A stretch of 64,000 nt of DNA, taken from contig DATJJU010000003.1 of the NCBI GenBank assembly GCA_035491955.1, positions 15,306-79,305 on the forward strand, in the 5' to 3' direction. This DNA is from Minisyncoccota bacterium. GTDB lineage: Bacteria; Patescibacteriota; Minisyncoccia; Phycocordibacterales; UBA9973. A program made the position numbers and the translations under genes. The first letter of the stretch is position 1. Every line of letters starts with the position of its first letter. Positions 56,473-64,000 of the stretch are shown piece after piece. Under the pieces are notes generated by a model that worked only from the letters and a program-made list of their open reading frames with translations, did no database searches and was not told the DNA's origin.

Positions 56473-58803
56473 TTATGGGTATATAGACAACAAGGCTTTT
56501 CCTACAACATCCCAATCGTAATGAGTAAGAACGAATTCCCTGCCCGCTGCAGACATTTCATCATATTGCATATTTTTATACAAAATGTCAAGTATAGTGT
56601 CGGCAAAAGCTTCTGGTGCGTCCGCTATTGCGATACCGTTATTTTTCTCTATTCCTTCTGCTCCTTTTGATGCAGAAACTACAGGCAAGCCAGCAGCCAT
56701 GTACGTTAATATCTTAAGTCTGGTGCCGGAGCCGTAGCGAACAGGACAAATACCAATTGCTGACTCAGCAAGATAAGGACGGATATCTTCCACAAAGCCT
56801 GTGCCTTTTATGGAGTCGTCTTGAACACCTTCTTTTTTAAGCCACTCAGGTGTTGCGCCAATAATAGTAGTTGATATTGCGGAATCTTTTTTCTTTAAAT
56901 GGGGGTAAATTTCATGTATGTAAAATTTCACTGCATCAGCATTCGGAGGATATTTTACCCCTCCGATAAACAGTATCTTTTTATTGTTATCCTTCTTTTT
57001 TACTGGAACAAACTCTTTGCAGTCGACTCCATTAGGAACGATGAACACATTCTTATTAATTTGTTTAAAATAGTCTGCATCATTATTTGAACATGCAATA
57101 ACAATATCGGCTTGCTTCGTAGCTTCTATTTCAACTTTCTGCAAATGAGGTACAAGCCACTTCCCTACTATTCTTTTTGGTGATGAAAACAGTTCCAATG
57201 ACTGTTCAAATAATGCTCCTTCAATATTATGAGTATCAAGAACTATTTTCACGCCTTGTTTCTTAAGCCAAGGAATATATTTTCGGATACAGTAATATCC
57301 GCTGATCTGTTCAATATGGACTACATCAGGTAATTTTTCCTGACAAGCGGCATAAAAAATTTCTCCCACCCCGCTTATTCTGAAATTCTCTATTGCGGGT
57401 TGCACACGCTTGAACAAAATAGCCTTTAAAAAAGTTAGTGGTGTTAATTTCTTTTTTTGTATAGGATGAACAGTGATATTCGGCTCTCGTTTTAAAGCAT
57501 CCACAGCTTCGCTATTATCGGCAATACAGAAAAGATCGATAGTAGTATGACTTTTTTTAGAAAGCTGTTTAAGCAAATGGAAGTTTCTAATTTCAGCTCC
57601 TCCACTGTTTCGAGGAGTGTTAGTAGATACAATATAAATTGTTTTTTCCTTGACATCTTTTTTTACCGCAGAAGATATGCCCAAGAAAGCTTCAGTTTCT
57701 GCTGCTAATATAGACCAATTATATTTTTCTTTAGCGTATACCTGAGCATTTTTTGATTTATCATATATATCTGCATCACCCAACGCATAGAGAATTGTCT
57801 TTTCGAGGTCAGTACGATTGTTTGACTGGGCAATATATCCAATTCTTCCATGATCCACAAAAGAAGGCAGATCGCCGATATTGCTGACAAGAGGTACGAC
57901 CCCTCGAGCCATGTATTGAGAGACTTTCATATTGCTTGCCGCTAATACTGTCCGCTCATTCGGCATATAACTATAGCCAATATCGCCGGGAGAAAAAGTA
58001 TCCTTCACATCAGTGAGGGCAAGCCATCCTGTAAATATAGTATTCTTGGTAATTCCAAGAATACCGGCTTTTTCTTTAAAATAATTAAGATATGTTCCGT
58101 TGCCCATTATTAAAATTTTTATGTCTGGGTATTGCGCGATGACATTAGGAAGAACATCGAACAATGGTTCAAGAATATTTTTTCTATTAATAGCACCCAT
58201 GAATAAGATTCTTTTACTATGCATTTTTTCTTTCACGGGAGTAAACCACTCATCACTGACGCCGTTCGGTAATATATGCACAGGCTTTTTAGGAAAGGAT
58301 TCTTTATACATGCTGTAAAGAAAACTTGAAGCAGCTATAATCTTATCAGCATAATATGCCGATATTTTTTCTGACCATGCCACAAGTACGCGCTGATACC
58401 ATGGATGACCTTCGATTTTCATTACTTCACTACCCAAATCATCCATATCTAATACTACGGATGTGCCGTAAAAAAGCTTACCGAGCAAGCCTACAGCGCT
58501 TATCGGCGTAGGCTTGTAGATATAAATAAGGTCTGAGCGTTTTCGTAGTATTTTCCACGAAGCACTAATAAGATAAGGAATGAGATTTATTAGAGGGTTT
58601 CGTGTTTTAAATTGAAAAGGTTGATAGATCTTTACTCCATTAAGTGTCGTGATTTTTTCATATGAAAAATTATTATACTTGTCGGCACTAGGAACTATAA
58701 TGGTCACATCATGACCATTCTTGTGCAGCTCTGTTGCAAGTTGCACAATGCGATAACTAAAATTGCTGCGGATACTCCCCGATCCTAAAAAAGTAATCTT
58801 CAT
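56473..58803 (-). CDS. Tandem double-domain GT4 (group 1) glycosyltransferase
   Basis: Two GT-B modules, each ending in an E-x7-E-like region (EKYNWSILAAE; second copy after aa ~400); 776 aa. Confidence 0.7.
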   Translation of the reverse strand: MKITFLGSGSIRSNFSYRIVQLATELHKNGHDVTIIVPSADKYNNFSYEKITTLNGVKIYQPFQFKTRNPLINLIPYLISASWKILRKRSDLIYIYKPTPISAVGLLGKLFYGTSVVLDMDDLGSEVMKIEGHPWYQRVLVAWSEKISAYYADKIIAASSFLYSMYKESFPKKPVHILPNGVSDEWFTPVKEKMHSKRILFMGAINRKNILEPLFDVLPNVIAQYPDIKILIMGNGTYLNYFKEKAGILGITKNTIFTGWLALTDVKDTFSPGDIGYSYMPNERTVLAASNMKVSQYMARGVVPLVSNIGDLPSFVDHGRIGYIAQSNNRTDLEKTILYALGDADIYDKSKNAQVYAKEKYNWSILAAETEAFLGISSAVKKDVKEKTIYIVSTNTPRNSGGAEIRNFHLLKQLSKKSHTTIDLFCIADNSEAVDALKREPNITVHPIQKKKLTPLTFLKAILFKRVQPAIENFRISGVGEIFYAACQEKLPDVVHIEQISGYYCIRKYIPWLKKQGVKIVLDTHNIEGALFEQSLELFSSPKRIVGKWLVPHLQKVEIEATKQADIVIACSNNDADYFKQINKNVFIVPNGVDCKEFVPVKKKDNNKKILFIGGVKYPPNADAVKFYIHEIYPHLKKKDSAISTTIIGATPEWLKKEGVQDDSIKGTGFVEDIRPYLAESAIGICPVRYGSGTRLKILTYMAAGLPVVSASKGAEGIEKNNGIAIADAPEAFADTILDILYKNMQYDEMSAAGREFVLTHYDWDVVGKALLSIYP

Positions 58804-58807
58804 AACA

Positions 58808-59962
58808 TTATTTAATAAGAGAATTATATATTTCTATATACTTTCCAGTCTGTATCTCCCAGCTGAACCCTTGAGCTTTTAACGACCCCGCATCTCCTAA
58901 TGCCTGAGCAAAAGCATGATCACTTATTATTTTTTCTATAGCCTCAGCTAGAGCTTGTGGATTTTTCGGTTCAACAATCAGACCTGTAACACCGTTATCG
59001 ATGACCTGAGGAGTACCGCCAATATTAGTACCAATAATCGGACGACCTGATGCCATAGCTTCGACCAGTGACACACTAAACGCCTCTGAGTCAGAGGTAG
59101 ATGGCAAAACCATTACATTCATTCTCTCAAACGCCTTCACAAGCTCTGCCCCATATTGAGGACCAGGAGTAATAAAATTGTCTTGTATATTTAAATCTTT
59201 TGCCTGTTGCGTATAGAGACCGAGTGCATCGCCTCCTCCGACGATCTCTAGTGTCGCGGAAGGTCTTTTTTTAATCACAATAGCCATTGCCTTAATAAGA
59301 TATTCGATACCTTTCCACATTGAAGAAAGCTCTACTCTGCCAACAAAAGCTACACGTTCATTATTCGGCACCGCAGTCTTTTTAAATCGTTCCAAATCCA
59401 CTCCGGTAGGAATAAAAGAGACCTTGTTTATAAATTGAGGAAATACGACAGGAATAAAGTTTCGAGCCACTGCCACAATATGATCAGCGCGCTGAAGGAG
59501 CTTTTTCAAAAAATATAATTCGTAGACCCCTATAATAAGATCAAGAATGAAATTTCCCTTACGCATACTGCCAGAGTGATATGTCACGACCAAAGGAATA
59601 TGCTTTTTATGAGCTACTGCAGCAGCAACATCCGCCATAAATGGCACGGGTGAATGCGTGTGAACAAGACTAGGCTTTTCTTCATCAAAAATCTTTGTGA
59701 TCATTTTTGACCAAGCAAAATTAATAGGCGTATTCGATAAACGAAACGCGATAGGAAGACGGTGCACTGTCATGCCGTCAATCATATCTTTGCGATAGCC
59801 TTTTCCATCATAGTTACTGGAGATAATGCTGACCGTATAGTTTCCGCTCTCTTGCAGCATCTTTGCAGTGGTATAAGCAATAGTTTCGAGACCGCCCACT
59901 TTTGGGTAAAAATATGATGCAACCACTGTAACATGAGGTTTTTTTATTATTGATTCATTCAT
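58808..59962 (-). CDS. GT4 (group 1) glycosyltransferase
   Basis: N-terminal HVTVVASYFYPKVGGLE and C-terminal SDSEAFSVSLVEAMASGRPII GT4 motifs. Confidence 0.8.
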   Translation of the reverse strand: MNESIIKKPHVTVVASYFYPKVGGLETIAYTTAKMLQESGNYTVSIISSNYDGKGYRKDMIDGMTVHRLPIAFRLSNTPINFAWSKMITKIFDEEKPSLVHTHSPVPFMADVAAAVAHKKHIPLVVTYHSGSMRKGNFILDLIIGVYELYFLKKLLQRADHIVAVARNFIPVVFPQFINKVSFIPTGVDLERFKKTAVPNNERVAFVGRVELSSMWKGIEYLIKAMAIVIKKRPSATLEIVGGGDALGLYTQQAKDLNIQDNFITPGPQYGAELVKAFERMNVMVLPSTSDSEAFSVSLVEAMASGRPIIGTNIGGTPQVIDNGVTGLIVEPKNPQALAEAIEKIISDHAFAQALGDAGSLKAQGFSWEIQTGKYIEIYNSLIK

Positions 59963-62226
59963 ACATATAACTCTTCTAATTTGCTAATAGTTGCCTCCCA
60001 ACTGTATGGTTCTGAAAAATGCTCGTAATACTCGCCAGGTTTTCTTGATGCCAATACTTTTTTAATTGTATCAGCAAGCGCCTCGGCATTTAAATCAGAT
60101 ATCATGCCATTATCATTATTGATAATAAGATCTTTTGCTGCATTATGCTTGGCGTTGACTGTTACCACCGGCAAGCCTATGGCGTTGGCTTCGATTACAG
60201 TAATTCCGAATCCTTCACGATCAGAAGGAAGCACAAACACCTTAGAGGCTTTCATTAATGCATACACGTCTTCTTGCTTATCTAAGAAACCAGTAAAAGT
60301 TACCGCATCACTGATATTCAAACTGTCTGACATTTTTTCTAGATATTCTTTTTGAGGACCATCACCCACAATATACGCCTTTATGGCTGGAGAATCTTTT
60401 TTTATCTCCGCTATAGCATGAAGCAAGGTGCCCACATTCTTATGAGGTAATAATCTTCCGGCAAAAATAATATCTGACTGAGTACTCGGTAGTATTTTTT
60501 TCATAAAAGAAAGATCTAACGCATTTGGAATAGTTACAACACGATTTTTTATACCCAAAATATTTTTTAACTCCGCAGTAGTATGATCTGATACTGAAAT
60601 TATACTATCAGGCAACGTGGCGCTGATTTTTTCAATAAAATACGCTATGGAACCGAAAGTAAAACCAAGATATTCCCTCCAGTATTTCTTTCCCCATACT
60701 TCATGCCAAGTAGCTATCATTTTCTTTCTCTTAAGCATACAGACAAATTTTGTAACAAGTAGCACCGTATGAGGAATATGATCAACATCAAGAATATCGA
60801 ATGATTTTGTAAGAAGCTTAAATGCGCTCAATGAGAAAAATAGTGCCTGCTTTAAAGATCTTCGATTGCCTATATATAAAGGATAATAAGAGCTTATCGC
60901 AGATAATGTAACTCCCTGATCTTGAATGGTATATGGGCCCTTCCACCACTTCATACAATAGATCGTGACATCATAGCCTTCTTTCGCCAGTTGTATCGTC
61001 AGATCATATAATCTTTTCTCTTTTCCTCCTTTGTTAAATTGGTACACGGCGTCAGAAACAAACGCCAATTTCTTAGGGGGCTTTTGGCCAGCATCTGAAT
61101 ACACGCGCTCTAGTTTTGAGATAATAGCATTCCAATTAAAATATTCATTAACATACTGTTTTGAGTATTCTCCCATTTTCTGCAGGCGTGTTTCATCGAA
61201 AACAATTTCTCTTATAGCGCCTTGAACGCTTTCATCTGTGGGATTCTTAATAAGATACATCATCTCCCTATCGAGTTTATAGTCCTTATACCCTTCATCG
61301 TCAGATGTAATAATAGGTAAACCGCATGCCATAGCCTCTTGAATAGCAAGAGGAAACCCTTCACTCTCCGATGGAAGAATAAAAATATCGGCAGCTTGAT
61401 ATACTTCCGCCATTTCCGAAGGCTGTATTTTTCCTAGGAAAACCAGATTATCGCTACTCTCCTGAATAGGAGTAGCTCCGGCAAACGCAATTTGATATTC
61501 TGAACTCTCAGCAGATAAAACTTTGGTAAAGCCCTTTTTGGGTACAAATCTTCCCACAAAGAGGATAACCTTTTTATTACTATCCAAGCCAAATTTTTTA
61601 CGCAATATCTTTTTCTCTTCTACTGAAACAGGCTTAAAAAGTTTTTCATTTACGCCATTGATAAGCATAACGATCTTTTTATCGGAAACTCCTCGTCTTA
61701 TTAAGAATTTTTTTACCGACTGGTTATACACCATGATACGATTGCTAAATTTAAAAATTATTTTACCCGTTGTGACATATACGAATTTCTCAATTAGTAC
61801 AACAATGCGACTCGGGTGCTTGATGAGTGCAATATGTTCAGTTAACACTAATGGCTTTTTAAACAACCGAGCGAATAGTGCGGCAAAAAACGAACTCATA
61901 TAAAACGCATCGTGAATATGCACGACATCGGCTTTCTTTACTTCGCGTCTTAGTACTGGCAGTAATCGAAGGGAGAAAATCGGGAATGGTGCTCCCCATT
62001 TTTCTGAGAAGTTCAGTGCTTTGATTCTGATGACACGTATTCCATCAACAATAGCACTTTTCTCATCTGCATTAGTCTCACTAGTTACTACAGTAACCGT
62101 ATACCCCGAAGCAACCAAGCGCTTCGCTTGGTTATATGCCACCATTCCTACACCAGTTACATGAGGAGGAAAATGATGAGTGACTATAAGAATGCTCTTT
62201 TTAGACTCATTCATATTGCTACTCAT
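59959..62226 (-). CDS. Tandem double-domain GT4 (group 1) glycosyltransferase
   Basis: Two GT-B modules with ESEGFPLAIQEAMACGLPII and DREGFGITVIEANAIGLPVV. Confidence 0.7.
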   Translation of the reverse strand: MSSNMNESKKSILIVTHHFPPHVTGVGMVAYNQAKRLVASGYTVTVVTSETNADEKSAIVDGIRVIRIKALNFSEKWGAPFPIFSLRLLPVLRREVKKADVVHIHDAFYMSSFFAALFARLFKKPLVLTEHIALIKHPSRIVVLIEKFVYVTTGKIIFKFSNRIMVYNQSVKKFLIRRGVSDKKIVMLINGVNEKLFKPVSVEEKKILRKKFGLDSNKKVILFVGRFVPKKGFTKVLSAESSEYQIAFAGATPIQESSDNLVFLGKIQPSEMAEVYQAADIFILPSESEGFPLAIQEAMACGLPIITSDDEGYKDYKLDREMMYLIKNPTDESVQGAIREIVFDETRLQKMGEYSKQYVNEYFNWNAIISKLERVYSDAGQKPPKKLAFVSDAVYQFNKGGKEKRLYDLTIQLAKEGYDVTIYCMKWWKGPYTIQDQGVTLSAISSYYPLYIGNRRSLKQALFFSLSAFKLLTKSFDILDVDHIPHTVLLVTKFVCMLKRKKMIATWHEVWGKKYWREYLGFTFGSIAYFIEKISATLPDSIISVSDHTTAELKNILGIKNRVVTIPNALDLSFMKKILPSTQSDIIFAGRLLPHKNVGTLLHAIAEIKKDSPAIKAYIVGDGPQKEYLEKMSDSLNISDAVTFTGFLDKQEDVYALMKASKVFVLPSDREGFGITVIEANAIGLPVVTVNAKHNAAKDLIINNDNGMISDLNAEALADTIKKVLASRKPGEYYEHFSEPYSWEATISKLEELYV

Positions 62227-63003
62227 TTATTTATTATTGAGTATTGGCTGCTGGCGCAATCGAGGTTGCTGCTGAAATTGAGGTCTCGGTTTCCAGAATA
62301 GGTTCTTGAAAAACATCCAGAAAATCCGAATGCCGTCTTTGAAAGGATTGAGGTTTGTTTCTCCGGCGCGAGCACTGTAACTAATAGGAACAGAGCAAAT
62401 TTCTAATCCAAGGTGAGCCATTTTTGTTACCATTTCCATTTCAATAGCAAAGCCTTGCGATTTTAGGTGAGGTCGAAGTTTTTCTAAAGCACTAAATTCC
62501 CATGCAAAGTAACCAGTCAAAACATCAGTGACATGAACACCGTAAAATGTACGTACTAATCGTGAAAAAATACGATTACCAATACGATTAGTCATCTTCA
62601 TAGAACCCATGAGAATCTTGCCTCCCAATCGTGAGCCAATAACGACATTGCTAAACTTTGAACGAAGAGGTTCGAGAAGGCGGAGAATCTCACTAGAGTG
62701 ATAAGTATTATCCCCATCAAGCATTACAACGTAGTCACACCAATCAGAATTGATTACGTACTTGAAGCCGGTTCTGATAGCATTCCCTTTACCTTTCTTT
62801 GGTTCGTGCAAAACTGTTGCACCTAATGAACGAGCGATTTCTCCTGTTCGATCTGTAGAATTATTATCAATAACAACTATTTCAGTTTCAAAACCGCTGT
62901 GACGCAAGGCTTGTTTTGGAAAACTATGAATAACGTCTGCGATGCCACATTCTTCATTGTAGCAAGGGATAACAATAATTACTTTGTGTGGTTTTATAGT
63001 CAT
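62227..63003 (-). CDS. GT2 glycosyltransferase, Dpm1/polyprenyl-phosphate sugar synthase-like (start at MTIKPHK)
   Basis: VIIVIPCYNEE, VVIDNNSTD and MLDGDNTY (DxD) motifs; ~258 aa. Confidence 0.8.
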   Translation of the reverse strand: MTIKPHKVIIVIPCYNEECGIADVIHSFPKQALRHSGFETEIVVIDNNSTDRTGEIARSLGATVLHEPKKGKGNAIRTGFKYVINSDWCDYVVMLDGDNTYHSSEILRLLEPLRSKFSNVVIGSRLGGKILMGSMKMTNRIGNRIFSRLVRTFYGVHVTDVLTGYFAWEFSALEKLRPHLKSQGFAIEMEMVTKMAHLGLEICSVPISYSARAGETNLNPFKDGIRIFWMFFKNLFWKPRPQFQQQPRLRQQPILNNK

Positions 63004-63007
63004 AGTA

Positions 63008-63454
63008 TTAATTGTTATTAGGGATAAGAAAATCAATACTCTGATTGAGATTTTTCAAAGTAACTTGAACCATTCCTTCTTCGTCTGTAAGAGTTGAAGT
63101 ATGCGAAACAATAACTGTTCTTGTTTCATCATCTGCGAGAGTCACAGTTCCTTTAAGAATGGAGAGGGTTTGACCATTTTTATATACAAAATTTACAGTA
63201 TAGGGATATGTAGTTTGTATTCCTTCAACATTATGAATATTAAAAGAAAATGTTATTTTTTGTCCCTTACTTATTGATTTAGGAAGATTCTCTGAATTAT
63301 TAAAATAGAGTTCGGTATAGGGTTCTAACTTGGGAGTAAAATTAAGACGATTGAGAGCATCTGATATTTGAGTATTAAATACCAAGATAGCAACTGCAAG
63401 CGCAACAATTACTACTGCTGGGATAAGTATTTTTTTGTGTACTGGATTCTCCAT
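63008..63454 (-). CDS. Hypothetical membrane-anchored protein at the head of the glycan operon
   Basis: N-terminal TM anchor; ~148 aa. Confidence 0.4.
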   Translation of the reverse strand: MENPVHKKILIPAVVIVALAVAILVFNTQISDALNRLNFTPKLEPYTELYFNNSENLPKSISKGQKITFSFNIHNVEGIQTTYPYTVNFVYKNGQTLSILKGTVTLADDETRTVIVSHTSTLTDEEGMVQVTLKNLNQSIDFLIPNNN

Positions 63455-63554
63455 ATAAATAAGACGTAAAGAAATAATCAATATTTCATAAGTATTTCAT
63501 AAACGCCACCCTACCATATTATAGTTAATACGTCAATAGTTCCCTATTGGAGTG

Positions 63555-63998
63555 TTAGAGCGAAGAGACAGAGAAGTCTTTCACGTCTAGTTCGCTAGAA
63601 CCAGGAGTACTATTATATGCATCGAAGCCAATACCACCACTAGAAAGACCTGTTGGGATGGTTGCGCTGACAGTTGAGCCGTTTACCGCACAACCTATCT
63701 GATCTTTGTTGACCGTCAATTTATAATCAACATCCCCAACATTAGGAATAGTAGGAATTTGATCTCCATTTTGAGTTAATGTAGTAGTTTTTCCATTAAC
63801 AACGGCGTCGATACGTGTAATACCTCCTTGAGAGTAGACACATTTTAGATAATTTTTATTATCACTGAACCGTCCTATAAGTGAGAAGGTTGGTCCGGAA
63901 ATAAAATTCGCGTGTAATATATAAGAATAATTAACCCATGCCTCACTTCCTCCAAGCTCTGCAATACCGTCAACAGCGGAAGTGGAAGCTATTGTCAA
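63555..63998 (-). CDS. Hypothetical protein; N-terminus may extend past the window end
   Basis: ORF reaches within 2 nt of the window edge on the minus strand. Confidence 0.35.
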   Translation of the reverse strand: MTIASTSAVDGIAELGGSEAWVNYSYILHANFISGPTFSLIGRFSDNKNYLKCVYSQGGITRIDAVVNGKTTTLTQNGDQIPTIPNVGDVDYKLTVNKDQIGCAVNGSTVSATIPTGLSSGGIGFDAYNSTPGSSELDVKDFSVSSL

Positions 63999-64000
63999 AA

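Noticed and set aside
1-64000. CRISPR arrays, rRNA genes, tmRNA, RNase P RNA, prophage or integrase genes
   Set aside because: I found no regularly spaced direct repeats, no tmRNA or RNase P hallmark motifs, and no integrase, terminase or capsid-like ORFs on reading both strands.
1-64000. Alternative genetic code (UGA recoding as in some small-genome lineages)
   Set aside because: TGA-terminated ORFs end at family-typical lengths (for example the RAYT transposase and the 20715 peptide), and long ORFs are intact under the standard code.

Overview
The 64-kb window is a gene-dense, roughly 40% GC bacterial chromosomal segment that reads cleanly with the standard genetic code and is coded on both strands.

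Housekeeping genes:
- Ribosomal proteins L25, L31, L9 and L27.
- An RF1-type release factor.
- A standalone tRNA-Ile(GAU).
- RsmI.
- A CtpA-type C-terminal processing protease.

Secreted or cell-surface proteins (signal peptides and lipoboxes suggest a monoderm envelope):
- Two CAP/SCP-domain proteins.
- Two proteins with a C-terminal PG_binding_1 domain, one also carrying a LamG domain.
- A coiled-coil protein with an MltB-like lytic-transglycosylase domain.

Transporters and redox enzymes:
- An ABC exporter, a P-type ATPase and an NRAMP transporter.
- A MarR-regulated MFS efflux operon with two adaptor proteins.
- An ApbE plus FMN-binding-protein flavinylation pair with DoxX next to them.
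- An SDR oxidoreductase, a flavin amine oxidase and a dCMP-deaminase-family protein.

Mobile element:
- One IS200-like REP-associated tyrosine transposase, flanked by GGGGTC-N-GACCCCGTTG palindromes. Related long-loop palindromes bracket prfA.

The accessory feature I rate highest is a roughly 17-kb surface-polysaccharide biosynthesis island at 46.1-63.5 kb. It contains:
- A PslG-like GH-A hydrolase.
- A Wzx-like flippase fused to a SAM methyltransferase.
- A PP-loop (SGGxDS) amidotransferase-like protein.
- A pyruvyl transferase.
- Two tandem paralogous ~780-aa polytopic membrane proteins of unknown family (GT-C/DUF2206/YfhO-like by architecture only).
- Two double-domain GT4 proteins, one single GT4 and one GT2.

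Many genes seem to be transcribed leaderless from a recurrent -10 box, (G)GTATACT, placed 6-7 nt before the ATG. I found no CRISPR array, rRNA or prophage. Every family assignment comes from reading motifs in the ORF translations by eye. Nothing was searched against a database.
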